A DNA stretch of 64,000 nucleotides from an uncultured Candidatus Rokubacteria bacterium (GTDB taxonomy: Bacteria > Methylomirabilota > Methylomirabilia > Rokubacteriales > DASRDR01). The notes beneath the pieces are model-generated. The model was not told the origin of the DNA and searched no databases. It worked only from the letters and a program-made list of their open reading frames with translations. The translations under genes were made by a program, and so were the position numbers. The stretch lies in contig CAWGVS010000012.1 in the NCBI GenBank assembly GCA_963826115.1, positions 544,001 to 608,000 of the forward strand, written 5' to 3'. Numbering within the stretch: the stretch's first letter is position 1; each line of letters begins with the position of its first letter. Positions 22,786 through 32,323 of the stretch are shown here, piece after piece.

Positions 22786-24012
22786 ATGGGCCCCGAGCCT
22801 GCCTACGAGACCATCGACGTCGAAGGCGGCGTGCCGATCAAGGCGTGGATCCGCGGTGTTGCCCTCGAGGACGCGGCCGCCCAGCAGCTCCGGAACGTCG
22901 CCCGGCTGCCGTGCGTGCACGGCTGGGTGGCCGCGATGCCGGACGTGCACTGGGGCATCGGGGCCACCGTCGGCAGCGTCATCCCGACGGTCGGCGCGAT
23001 CATCCCGGCCGCCGTCGGCGTCGACATCGGCTGCGGCATGGCCGCGGTTCGGACCACGCTGACCGCGAGCGACCTGCCCGAGAGTCTCCGCGAGGTGCGC
23101 GGGGCCATCGAGCGGGCCGTCCCCCACGGCCGGACGTCACGGGGCCGCGACAAGGGGTCGTGGGAGCATCCGCCGGCGCCGGCTCTCCGCGCCTGGACGT
23201 CGCTCCGGCCGCGCTTCGACGCGATCACCGCCAAGCACAACAAGGTCACGCGCTCGAACCACGTGACCCACCTCGGCACGCTCGGGACCGGGAACCACTT
23301 CGTCGAGGTCTGCCTGGACGAGGCGGACCGGGTCTGGGTGCTGCTCCACAGCGGGTCCCGGGGCGTGGGGAACCGGATCGGGACGTACTTCATCGAGCTC
23401 GCGAAGCACGACATGCGGAAGCACCTGGCGAACCTCCCCGACGAGGACCTCGCCTACCTCGACGAGGGCACCGCCCACTTCGCCGACTACGTCGAGGCCG
23501 TCGGCTGGGCACAGGACTTCGCCCTGGTGAACCGCCGGCTCATGATGGACGCGATCGTCCAGGCGATGCGGGCGGTGCCCGGGATCCCGCCGTTCGAGGT
23601 CGGCGCGACCGCCGTGAACTGTCACCACAACTACGTGACCCGGGAGCGCCACGGCGGGCGCGAGGTCTATGTCACGCGGAAGGGCGCGGTCCGGGCCGGT
23701 GCCGGGCAGCTCGGCATCATCCCCGGGAGCATGGGAGCGCGTTCCTACATCGTGCGAGGGCGCGGCAACCCCGAGAGCTACGAGAGCTGCAGCCACGGGG
23801 CGGGCCGCGCAATGTCCCGCAACGAAGCGAAGCGGCGCTTCACGCTGGCGGACCACGCGGCCGCGACCGCGGGCATCGAGTGCCGGAAGGACGCTGACGT
23901 CCTCGACGAGACGCCGGGTGCCTACAAGCCCATCGACGCCGTCATGGAAGCGCAGCGGGACCTCGTCGAGATCGTGCACACCCTCCGGCAGGTCGTGTGC
24001 GTGAAGGGGTGA
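22786..24012 (+). CDS. rtcB: RNA ligase RtcB
   Basis: MPDVHWG, GVDIGCG, GTLGTGNHF, HSGSRG, CHHNY, SCSHGAGR and AYK. Confidence 0.95.
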   Translation: MGPEPAYETIDVEGGVPIKAWIRGVALEDAAAQQLRNVARLPCVHGWVAAMPDVHWGIGATVGSVIPTVGAIIPAAVGVDIGCGMAAVRTTLTASDLPESLREVRGAIERAVPHGRTSRGRDKGSWEHPPAPALRAWTSLRPRFDAITAKHNKVTRSNHVTHLGTLGTGNHFVEVCLDEADRVWVLLHSGSRGVGNRIGTYFIELAKHDMRKHLANLPDEDLAYLDEGTAHFADYVEAVGWAQDFALVNRRLMMDAIVQAMRAVPGIPPFEVGATAVNCHHNYVTRERHGGREVYVTRKGAVRAGAGQLGIIPGSMGARSYIVRGRGNPESYESCSHGAGRAMSRNEAKRRFTLADHAAATAGIECRKDADVLDETPGAYKPIDAVMEAQRDLVEIVHTLRQVVCVKG

Positions 24013-24023
24013 GGGGAGGAGAG

Positions 24024-24485
24024 ATGGCACCGGCGCAGGACGAGGCCCTCATCCGCGAGCTGGTGGACCTCTTCGTGGAGGGATGGAACGCCGCCGACGG
24101 GGCAGCCTGCGCGCGGCCCTTCGCCGCCGACGCGGACTTCTTCGCCGTGACCGGCTTGAAGGCCCGCGGCCGCGACCTGATCGGACGCGCGCACGCCGAG
24201 ATCCTGGCCACGGTCTTTCGCGGCACGCGGCTCGCCTCCACGGTGGAGGCCGTTCGCTTCGTGCGCCCCGACGTCGCCCTGGCGGACGTCACGTTCCGTC
24301 TCACGCTGGCGGACGGCGCCCCGTTCATGCCCGGCCACTACCCGGGGCATTCCTCCGCGGGCGTGCTGGCGGTCAGGGAGCGCGACGCCTGGGCGATCGT
24401 GTCCTTCCGGAACATGGTGCCCTTCGGCCGCCCGACGCCCGGCCCCGTCGAGCACTCACTGACGAAGCGGCCCGGCGGGAGCTAG
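24024..24485 (+). CDS. SnoaL/NTF2-like (SgcJ/EcaC family) protein
   Basis: GWNAADG..FAADADF..GRDLIGRAH..VRFVRPDVA. Confidence 0.8.
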   Translation: MAPAQDEALIRELVDLFVEGWNAADGAACARPFAADADFFAVTGLKARGRDLIGRAHAEILATVFRGTRLASTVEAVRFVRPDVALADVTFRLTLADGAPFMPGHYPGHSSAGVLAVRERDAWAIVSFRNMVPFGRPTPGPVEHSLTKRPGGS

Positions 24486-24496
24486 GCCCCCCGGCA

Positions 24497-24719
24497 CGCC
24501 CCGCCCAGGCCCGGCAGTCGCTCAGCGCTGCGCCATTCCAGGAACGGCGCGCCCGGATCGTTCATGGGCACGAGAGTCCACCCGCATCGTCTCGGCGCTG
24601 CCGCGGTCGTAGCCCGTCATCCACGTCTGGGGCGCCTCCACGATCGCCTGACCGGCCGCCGCCGCGAGGGGGCACGCCCTTCGATCTCCAGCGTGAGGGT
24701 GGTCTCCAGCCCGTAGACC
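24497..24719 (-). pseudogene. Degenerate copy of the 3' half and downstream flank of the cupin gene at 30264-30680
   Basis: Nucleotide alignment with 30238-30462; residual TLEIEGRAP / AAAGQAIVEAPQT. Confidence 0.85.
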
Positions 24720-24899
24720 CGGCCGGCGGGCCAATTGCCCACACTTCCTGCACATTGGGACGGCGGCGCGACCCTCAGAGCACGCCGAAGCTGGTGGTGC
24801 AAACCTGACCACCGGCGGTGTGCCGGATCCCGAGGCACGCGGAATATCCGCGCGGCCCTCATCGGTCCGAGTGGGCGCAGGGCAGGCAATACGGGGGAC

Positions 24900-25021
24900 T
24901 GCACTGTAGACGGTGCAGGTGTGCACTGCTGGCTGTGCAATCGGGCTAGGTACACGAACTTTCAGACTTCTCTCGCCACGTGGCCGCGGTCGCAGTCCTC
25001 GACTGCACACCGCACTGTGCA
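24900..25021. promoter_or_regulatory. Three perfect TGCAC-N8-GTGCA palindromes (candidate enhancer-binding-protein sites)
   Basis: At 24900-24917, 24922-24939 and 25004-25021. Confidence 0.7.
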
Positions 25022-25099
25022 CCACGCCACGGGGGCCCCGGCGGGGATGCCAGCGGAAAACCTCTCCGCCCTCGCAGGGTTGGCGTTCAGGCGACGGCA

Positions 25100-25115
25100 A
25101 GGCACGGTGTATGCA
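25100..25115 (+). promoter_or_regulatory. Putative sigma54 -24/-12 promoter
   Basis: AGGCACGGTGTATGCA (GG-N10-GC), downstream of the palindromes. Confidence 0.6.
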
Positions 25116-25380
25116 CACGTCAGGGGCTCGTCGATCCGCATCGAGCTTCTACCATGATGCGTCGCGTAGTGCCCCGGACCCGGTCTCGGGACGGTCCAGA
25201 AGCCGCTCCCCCCCGTGGCATGTCCCGCGGGCCCGTAACAATCACGCCGACGCCGGCGACGGCTCCGACGCGGCGCCGCTCCCCGCGGTGACCCGGCCTT
25301 CGAGAAAATCGCGACTAGACGGCGGTCACGACGAAACTGCCGCTCCGCGCCACTTTCGCGGTCGTTCCGATCTCGCGACG

Positions 25381-26256
25381 ATGACGGGCTCGGGTTCCGG
25401 GCCGGCTTGCAGCGTTCAGCCAGCGGGGACGGCCGCGTCGCTCGCCGTTCTGGTCGTGGAGGACGACGAGCCAGTCCGCGCGCTCGTCCGGATCGCCCTC
25501 GAGGATGTCGCGCGCGTGCGCGAGGCTGGGGGCGCGGACGAAGCCTTGACGATCCTTGAAGACCGCGGCGCAGGAGAGATCGACGTCCTGCTCGTCGACT
25601 ACATGATGCCCCGGCGCTCCGGGCTCGAGCTCCTGCGTCTCGTCAAGGCTCGGTGGCCCTGGCTGTCGATGATCATGATGACCGGGTTCGGCTCGGAGGA
25701 GCTCGCGATCCAGGCGCTTCGCGCCGGCGCGCGCGATTACCTGAGAAAGCCGCTCGACGTGACGGAGCTCCGGCGCGTCGTCGTCGCGTGCGCGCGCGCC
25801 GAGAGACCTCCCGCCGCCGGCGCCCCGGCCCTCTCCGGGACGCCGGCCCCCGCCGAGCGCTCCGGCGTGCGTCAGGCGCTGGCCTTCGTCCGCGAGCACT
25901 TCACCGAGCCCATCACGCTGTCCCAGGTCGCCCGCGAGGCGCGCCTCAGCAAGTTCCACTTCTGCCGTCTGTTTCAGCGCCGCGTCGGCATGTCCTTCCG
26001 GGAGTACCTGTGCGGCCTCCGGCTGGAGCGGGCCCAAGTCCTCCTGGCCGATCGCGACCTCACCGTCACCGAGGTGGCCTACGCGATCGGGTTCAACGAT
26101 CTCTCCCACTTCGACAAGGTCTTCAACCGGATCGTCGGGATGTCGCCGACCGAGTACCGGCGATCGATCTGGACGCTCCCTGAGCAACCGCCGCCAAGCT
26201 TTTCGCAACCGAGCCCAAGACCCGCGCCCCGTCCTCCCCTAGGCTCCCTCTCCTAG
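25381..26256 (+). CDS. Response regulator receiver + AraC HTH transcription factor
   Basis: VLVVEDD..DYMMP..YLRKP; LSKFHFCRLF..EVAYAIGFNDLSHFDKVF; start uncertain. Confidence 0.88.
   Translation: MTGSGSGPACSVQPAGTAASLAVLVVEDDEPVRALVRIALEDVARVREAGGADEALTILEDRGAGEIDVLLVDYMMPRRSGLELLRLVKARWPWLSMIMMTGFGSEELAIQALRAGARDYLRKPLDVTELRRVVVACARAERPPAAGAPALSGTPAPAERSGVRQALAFVREHFTEPITLSQVAREARLSKFHFCRLFQRRVGMSFREYLCGLRLERAQVLLADRDLTVTEVAYAIGFNDLSHFDKVFNRIVGMSPTEYRRSIWTLPEQPPPSFSQPSPRPAPRPPLGSLS
26184..26245 (+). promoter_or_regulatory. AraC-type tandem half-sites and -10 box for the 717-aa gene
   Basis: GCAACCGCCGCCAAG (26184) and GCAACCGAGCCCAAG (26205), 21-bp period; TAGGCT at 26240. Confidence 0.55.
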
Positions 26257-26309
26257 GCCCAAGGCCGTCGTCACAACGCCCGGACCCGCAACACAGGGGA
26301 GGATCGGCC

Positions 26310-28463
26310 ATGGCTGCACAGCCGGAGGCGAAGCCCGCTCCCGCCCGCATCGAGAAGGAGCGCGTCCAGTTCAACCGGCTGCTCGCCGGCAATCCCAACT
26401 ACTTCGGCAATCTGGCCCAGAGTCCCTTCAAGCCCGTCAAGCCGATGGCCTCCAACACCACGTACGAGGAGATCACGTGCGTGGGGTACACCCCCGACAA
26501 GGCGCAGCTCGAGGCGACCGTCCACATCAAGCGGGCCACCGGCTACGGCGGCGACCTCTGCGCCAATGGAACCGTCGAGTACGTGCGCTTCTTCCTCGAC
26601 TACGGAGCGGGCTGGGAGGACCAGGGGGTCATGGGCTTCAACGTCCACGACATCCCGAACTCCAGCGACTGCCACAAGGATCCGACGAAGCCGCTCAGCT
26701 ACGTCGCCTCGCTGAAGATCGACCCGAGGCGGAAGGTGTGCCGGATCCCGGTGCTGCCCAAGGTCCGGGCGATCCTGTCCTGGCAGGCGATTCCGCCGGC
26801 CGGCAATGCCGGCTACCACCCGGTCTGGGGCAACGTGGTCGACGACCACATCCAGATCACCCCGTGGGTCAAGAACTTCGCCGCCGCGTTCGACCACGTC
26901 GCCGTGGCGCTCGGCCAGAAGCTCGACCTTCCGGACGCGTTCGAGGAGCTGGCCGTCACGCCGATCCCGATCCCGGAGCCGCCTGAGCTGTCCGTCGCCG
27001 AGCTCGCGAAGCTGTATGCGGGGGCGCCCCACGCCAAGGCGCCGGCGCACGCGGTCGAGCCCCACCGCTTCGGCCTGGCGGACATCCACGCCGCCGTGAG
27101 CGGGCCGGGCGCGAGTCAGGAGGTCCTGCTCGCGAAGGGGGCCGAGTGGACGCTGGCCGGGCTCGACCTCGCCGCCGCCATCGCCGCCCTCGACGACGTC
27201 TCGGCGAACACGACCTACGAGGAGCTGAAGTGCCTCGGCATGGACAGCAACACCGAGACGCTCGCGGCCACCCTCCGGGTCAAGCTCTCCTCGGGATATT
27301 CGGGCAAGCCGTGCGACAAGGGCAGCTACGAGTACGTCGCCTTCTGGGCCGACTGGGACAACACCTGCGACTTCACGTACCTGGGAACGGTCAAGATCAA
27401 CGTGCACGACTACACCCCGCTCCCGGCGGGCGGGCTCTCCTACACGGCGCTCCTCAAGGTGAACCTCGATCACCACCGGCGCACGTGCAAGGAGCCCAAG
27501 ATCGGGCGCATCCGGGCCGTCCTCTCCTGGAGCTCACCGCCCTCCACGACCGATCCCGACGCCCTGAACTACTGGGGCAACCGGATCGACACGCACGTGC
27601 TGATCAACCCATCCGGCTCCGGGACCTCGTCGCACGCGGAGCTCCGGTCCATCGGCGGCATCGCGGTGCCGCACATCAACCCGGTCACCGGTCTGACGGA
27701 CGCCACCGCGGTGTTCCACTTCAACTGGCTCCCGCCCGATCCCGCCGGGCGGCCCTGCCCCTTCGCCCAGTGGGTCGTCATCACGGGGCCCACGGTGCCC
27801 GGCATGCGGTACGGCATCACCGTGGAGAACCTCACCGTGCCGGCGCCGCCGGTCGCGGTGGGCAACAGCTTCAAGGTGCTGGACAGCTCCGGGACGGTCG
27901 AGACGACGCAGACGGCGAGCTTCACGCCGCTCCACACCTACGCCTACCTGAACACCTTCCTGAACCCGGAGCTGATCCTGGCCCGGTGGCTCTCGTCCGG
28001 CGACGACCTCTGGCGGATCACGCTGCAGCTCTACACGCCGGCGGAGGTGCCGGTCGGCCCCCCCATCAGCCACCGGATCCAGCTCAAGAACACCGGCGTC
28101 AAGGACTGCCGCCTCCACATCGACCCGGCGTCCGGAGGCGACTGCAACACGTTCCACGTGGGCAACGTCATCGACGGACACTTCGTCGCCCGCGACCCGT
28201 ACCTGAGCGGCTACTCCCTGCACACCGAGCCGTTCGCGGCCCCGGCCGGGCAGCTCACGCCGACGTCGGGCTCGGTGCAGACCCCGTTCGCCGGACCCGA
28301 TCCGGCTCCCCCGCCGGGCGGGACGGCCTGGCACCTGGACACCCAGAACATGCAGCCGTGCGGCTACATCGTGCGCCTCGAGGCGTCCGACCGCGCGATC
28401 ATCGACAGCACCCACGTCGGTCACGGCGCGGCCGCCGCCGTGGGCTGGTGCCTGGAACCCTAG
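26310..28463 (+). CDS. Uncharacterised 717-aa protein with an internally duplicated Cys-containing domain
   Basis: Strong coding bias and GGAGG RBS; two NTTYEE.xC...RA.LSW..PP..WGN units. Confidence 0.85.
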   Translation: MAAQPEAKPAPARIEKERVQFNRLLAGNPNYFGNLAQSPFKPVKPMASNTTYEEITCVGYTPDKAQLEATVHIKRATGYGGDLCANGTVEYVRFFLDYGAGWEDQGVMGFNVHDIPNSSDCHKDPTKPLSYVASLKIDPRRKVCRIPVLPKVRAILSWQAIPPAGNAGYHPVWGNVVDDHIQITPWVKNFAAAFDHVAVALGQKLDLPDAFEELAVTPIPIPEPPELSVAELAKLYAGAPHAKAPAHAVEPHRFGLADIHAAVSGPGASQEVLLAKGAEWTLAGLDLAAAIAALDDVSANTTYEELKCLGMDSNTETLAATLRVKLSSGYSGKPCDKGSYEYVAFWADWDNTCDFTYLGTVKINVHDYTPLPAGGLSYTALLKVNLDHHRRTCKEPKIGRIRAVLSWSSPPSTTDPDALNYWGNRIDTHVLINPSGSGTSSHAELRSIGGIAVPHINPVTGLTDATAVFHFNWLPPDPAGRPCPFAQWVVITGPTVPGMRYGITVENLTVPAPPVAVGNSFKVLDSSGTVETTQTASFTPLHTYAYLNTFLNPELILARWLSSGDDLWRITLQLYTPAEVPVGPPISHRIQLKNTGVKDCRLHIDPASGGDCNTFHVGNVIDGHFVARDPYLSGYSLHTEPFAAPAGQLTPTSGSVQTPFAGPDPAPPPGGTAWHLDTQNMQPCGYIVRLEASDRAIIDSTHVGHGAAAAVGWCLEP

Positions 28464-28643
28464 CGCGCCGCGCGGAACACACCGGCGCACCCCGGCTCGA
28501 TCGAACACGCGAGTTGCGGCCGAAGGGGGCGGGCAGACGGCCCGTGCCCCTCGGCCGCCCGAGGAGCCGACCTCATCGAGCAGTCGCCGACGAGAACGCG
28601 GGCGGTCCCTAGGACACCGGCCGCGCGGCGGCCCGCGAGCCGA

Positions 28644-28732
28644 TCAGCGCTGGGCGATGTCCAGGAACGGCGCGCCCGGATCGCTCACGTAGAAGATCGC
28701 CCCCCGCGTCGTCTCGGTGCCGCTGCGGTTGT
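28644..28732 (-). pseudogene. Second, shorter copy of the cupin gene 3' end
   Basis: NRSGTETTRGAIFYVSDPGAPFLDIAQR vs intact NRSGAETTRVAIFYVSDPGTPFLDVAQH. Confidence 0.85.
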
Positions 28733-28853
28733 GCCAGGGCTCGTTCCGATGGCGCCCGGCGTAGATCAGCCGCCCCACGACGAGCGGCAGGGTCAGATAG
28801 CACGACGCGTTGACCACCGTCTTCCGCGGCAAGACCCTGTCCAGTCTCGGCTC

Positions 28854-29315
28854 CTAGCGGACGGGATCCAGCACGACCACCGGGATCTCGCGGTCGGTCT
28901 TGCGCTGATAGTCGGCATAGGGGGGCCAGAACTTCAGCGCCTCGCTCCATAGCCGCGTCCGTTCCGCCCCCGTGGTGGTCCGCGCTCGCGCGGGAAGCGT
29001 CTTGGTCCCGACCTGCACCTCGACCACGGGGTTAGCCAGGATGTTCTGGTACCAGCCGGGATGTTGCGGGGCCCCGCCTTTGGAGGCGACCACGAAATAG
29101 CTGTCGCCCACCTCGCCATAGAACAGCGGGAACATGAACTTCTCCCCCGATTTCCGTCCTGTCGTCGTCAGCAGCAGCGACGGCACGGTCATCTCCGGCC
29201 GGCCGGGCTGCGTGATCTTGTACAGGTGCCCGTCGGTGCCGCCGCTCGAAACATATCGATTCGCGTGCTCCACCATCCAGTCCGGAAGATTCGGGGCGAG
29301 CTTGGCTCCGGCCAT
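28854..29315 (-). CDS. Deazaflavin (F420)-dependent nitroreductase family protein
   Basis: LLLTTTGRKSG, VVASKGGAPQHPGWYQNILANP and YQRKTDREIPVVVL. Confidence 0.92.
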   Translation of the reverse strand: MAGAKLAPNLPDWMVEHANRYVSSGGTDGHLYKITQPGRPEMTVPSLLLTTTGRKSGEKFMFPLFYGEVGDSYFVVASKGGAPQHPGWYQNILANPVVEVQVGTKTLPARARTTTGAERTRLWSEALKFWPPYADYQRKTDREIPVVVLDPVR

Positions 29316-29731
29316 GACCTGACCTCCTCTTCGTTCACATCAGTACGCCGTAGCACCGGCGCCTGGTAGATCTCTTACCATCTCCTCACGCTTCAGACCA
29401 ACCACCAGGCTATGGGCCACGGCCTTCGCGATGGTGGCCCGGATGCGCCGGAGGCCGGTCGCGCGAGACACGGGATGTCACCGGTGCCCACGGATCGGAC
29501 CGCCTGACACGTCGGCCCGATAGCCAGTCGCCGCGCATCGTATGGTGGGGCACCGGACACGTCGGGGCTCACGACGTGGCGCTCTCCAAGGGCACTGGCG
29601 CTGCCCAGATTTGCCAGGCCCACGGCTTCTGAATGACTATTTGCGCGCGGCTAGGCAGCTGTCGGAGTCAGCCAGGCATTAGATATCCATACGTTAGGTC
29701 CTGGCATGGGTTGCGCATACCGTCAACGACC

Positions 29732-29998
29732 ATGGCCGGTCTTCTCGTCAACTGGTGGATAGAGCTCTGCGATACCTTGACGGCCGGGCGTCTTTCTCTT
29801 TGCCTGCCGGACGACCGTCTCTTTATCGCCATGTTGGCAGCCTGGGTGGTCCTGGATGCCCTGGTCAGCTGTGCCCTACTCGGTTGGCAAGGCGGCGCGT
29901 GGGTCATCCTCGCCGTCGGGGGACTGGTCGGCATGGTGGCGATTGCGGTGCAGTCCAACGAGCGCCCTCGATCGGACCGGGCCGCAGAGCCGTCGTAG
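29732..29998 (+). CDS. Small hypothetical membrane protein
   Basis: Two hydrophobic segments in a lower-GC patch; start uncertain. Confidence 0.35.
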   Translation: MAGLLVNWWIELCDTLTAGRLSLCLPDDRLFIAMLAAWVVLDALVSCALLGWQGGAWVILAVGGLVGMVAIAVQSNERPRSDRAAEPS

Positions 29999-30263
29999 TT
30001 TCGGTCCGTTCCACTCCGACCGCCGGATCGACGCGTCGGCGACCAAGGCTCGCAGCTTGTCAAGCCGTGGGCACCGCCCCTTCGTGATCCGTCCTGGCCA
30101 CCTCTACCTGATCGCGGGCGCCGAGCAGAATCGACGCCGCTGAGCTCGGCCTGCCGAACCTCACCGGCCCGGCGTTCGAGGAGGAGCGCGGGGTCACTCC
30201 CTCGGCTCTCCCCGCCACAACCAGGACGCGTTCACGCCGCCCCGCCCACGCCCCGGCAGTCGC

Positions 30264-30680
30264 TCAGTGCTGCGCCACGTCCAGGAACGGCGTGCCCGGA
30301 TCGCTCACGTAGAAGATCGCCACGCGCGTCGTCTCGGCGCCGCTCCGGTTGTAGCCCGTCATCCTCGTCTGGGGCGGCTCCACGATCGCCTGACCGGCAG
30401 CCGCCGCGATGGGGGCGCGCCCTTCGATCTCCAGCGTGAACGTCCCCTCCAGCACGTAGACCGTCACCGGGAACCGGTGGGTGTGGAACGGGGTCATCTC
30501 GCCGGGCTTGAGGGTCGCCACGATGACCCGGATCTCCTGCTTGTCGCCCGTGGGCATGCCCTGCACGACCTCGCGCAGGACCGGCGCCGGCGGCCCGGGC
30601 GGGCCCTGCGCGACCGCCACCGACGCGAGCGACGCGATCACAGCCAGGAGCGCGAGACCGATTCCTACCGAGTGGCGCAT
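30264..30680 (-). CDS. Exported cupin-domain protein
   Basis: Signal peptide; TPFHTHRFPVTVYVLEG. Confidence 0.88.
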   Translation of the reverse strand: MRHSVGIGLALLAVIASLASVAVAQGPPGPPAPVLREVVQGMPTGDKQEIRVIVATLKPGEMTPFHTHRFPVTVYVLEGTFTLEIEGRAPIAAAAGQAIVEPPQTRMTGYNRSGAETTRVAIFYVSDPGTPFLDVAQH

Positions 30681-30915
30681 ATCAGGGTCCTCCCATGACG
30701 GCAATGCTTACGGTTCTCGTGGCCGCCGCATGATACCAAACGTCGATCGCGTGAACCGAGGCGGTGGGTTGCGGGCAGCCACCCGGCCGGTGAGAATGCT
30801 GCCGTGTCCATCCGCCACATCGGCCGGGCGGGCGATCGAGTCGCCCCGGCGGCCGGCGAATCCGGGGGCGTGCCGCGGCCAATGGGCGAACACGCTCCCC
30901 ACTTCGAGCCATCGC

Positions 30916-32172
30916 ATGCATGAGGCTCATGTCCCCTTCCTAGTCATCGCCGTTCTGCAGCTTCTGCTTCTCGCGTCCATTGCCGCGGTTCTGTTCCGAC
31001 GTCTCCGATTCCCCTACACGATCGGGCTCATGATCATCGGGATCCTGCTCGCGTTCGCGCAGGATCGTCTGCCCGTTCTGGAGTCGGTGCGACTGATCCG
31101 GCTGACCCCCGACGTCGTGCTCTATCTCTTTCTTCCAACTCTGGTGTTTCCAGCCGCGGCCCAGCTCGATCTGCGCCTTCTCAGGGAGAACCTGCTTCCG
31201 CTGGTGTTGTTGGCGTTCCCCGGACTGATCCTGTCGACGGCCATCGTGGGCAGCGTCGTGGCGGCGCTGACACCCCTCTCCTGGAGCGCGGCCCTGCTGT
31301 TCGGGGCGCTGATCTCCGCCACGGATCCGGTCGCGGTCATCGCCCTCTTCAAGGACCTGCGGGTGCCGGAGCGGCTGTCCGTCCTGGTCGACGGCGAGAG
31401 CTTGTTCAACGACGCCGCGGCGATCGTGCTGTTCCTCATCATCCTCTCGGTGGGCGCCTCCGGCGGGGTTGGACCCCTGACGGTGGTGCGCGGAGCCGTG
31501 GATTTCGTCTGGGTGTCCATCGGAGGCATCGGCGTCGGCGCCCTCCTCGCCGTGCTCTATGCGAGGGTCGTGCGCTTGGCGGAGGATGACCCTCTCGTCG
31601 AGATTGCCCTGTCGACCGTCCTTGCGTACACGGCCTTCGTGGTCGCGCATCATTACCTGCGGGTATCGGGAATCCTGGCGGTGGTCGGCGCCGGGCTGGT
31701 TGGCATTCGGCTCCGCCGAACGCACTTCGACAGGGCGCCGGACACGCGGGCGCACGTCGAGCATTACTGGAGCTATGCCGTCTTCGTCGCCAACAGCTTC
31801 GTGTTCCTCTTTCTGGGAATCGGCGAGAACACGTTTCTGACGCGCCTGCGGGGCGAGGGGGCGGCCGAGCTCCCCTACGTCGCTGGCGCGATCGTCGCCG
31901 TCCTGGCGGCCCGCCTGGTCGTCGTGAATGGCGTCATCGGCCTCGTGAACATCTGCTCGAGGATCCCGCCGATCGATTGGCGCTACCGCGCCATCATCTT
32001 CTGGGGCGGGGGGCTGCGGGGCGCGCTGCCGCTGGTCCTCGTGCTCAGCCTGCCGCTCGACTTCCCGGAGCGGCAGCGCATCCTCGATCTCACGGCGGGC
32101 GTCGTGCTGTTCACGCTGCTCGTCCAGGGCACGACAGTCGGTCGTCTGATCCGTTCTCTCGAACCGACGTGA
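30916..32172 (+). CDS. CPA1 family Na+/H+ antiporter
   Basis: LFGALISATDPVAV, GESLFNDA, GLRGA and FTLLVQG. Confidence 0.92.
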   Translation: MHEAHVPFLVIAVLQLLLLASIAAVLFRRLRFPYTIGLMIIGILLAFAQDRLPVLESVRLIRLTPDVVLYLFLPTLVFPAAAQLDLRLLRENLLPLVLLAFPGLILSTAIVGSVVAALTPLSWSAALLFGALISATDPVAVIALFKDLRVPERLSVLVDGESLFNDAAAIVLFLIILSVGASGGVGPLTVVRGAVDFVWVSIGGIGVGALLAVLYARVVRLAEDDPLVEIALSTVLAYTAFVVAHHYLRVSGILAVVGAGLVGIRLRRTHFDRAPDTRAHVEHYWSYAVFVANSFVFLFLGIGENTFLTRLRGEGAAELPYVAGAIVAVLAARLVVVNGVIGLVNICSRIPPIDWRYRAIIFWGGGLRGALPLVLVLSLPLDFPERQRILDLTAGVVLFTLLVQGTTVGRLIRSLEPT

Positions 32173-32323
32173 GACGACGAGTCGCGCTCTCCGCCGGGAT
32201 CCGGGCGCCGGGAACGACTCGCCCTACCGGGACTCCGACAAGGACAGCGGGGGCGGCCTCCGGGCCCCGAATCTCTCACGCGCGAGCCGCGCCCAAAGGG
32301 TGTACGGAACGGTGCGCACGCAG

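Noticed and set aside
20592-23897. Very long alternative-frame or antisense ORFs (e.g. 1101 aa here and 823 aa at 14891-17362)
   Set aside because: Shadow ORFs of real genes in high-GC DNA; Arg/Gly/Pro-rich with no motifs
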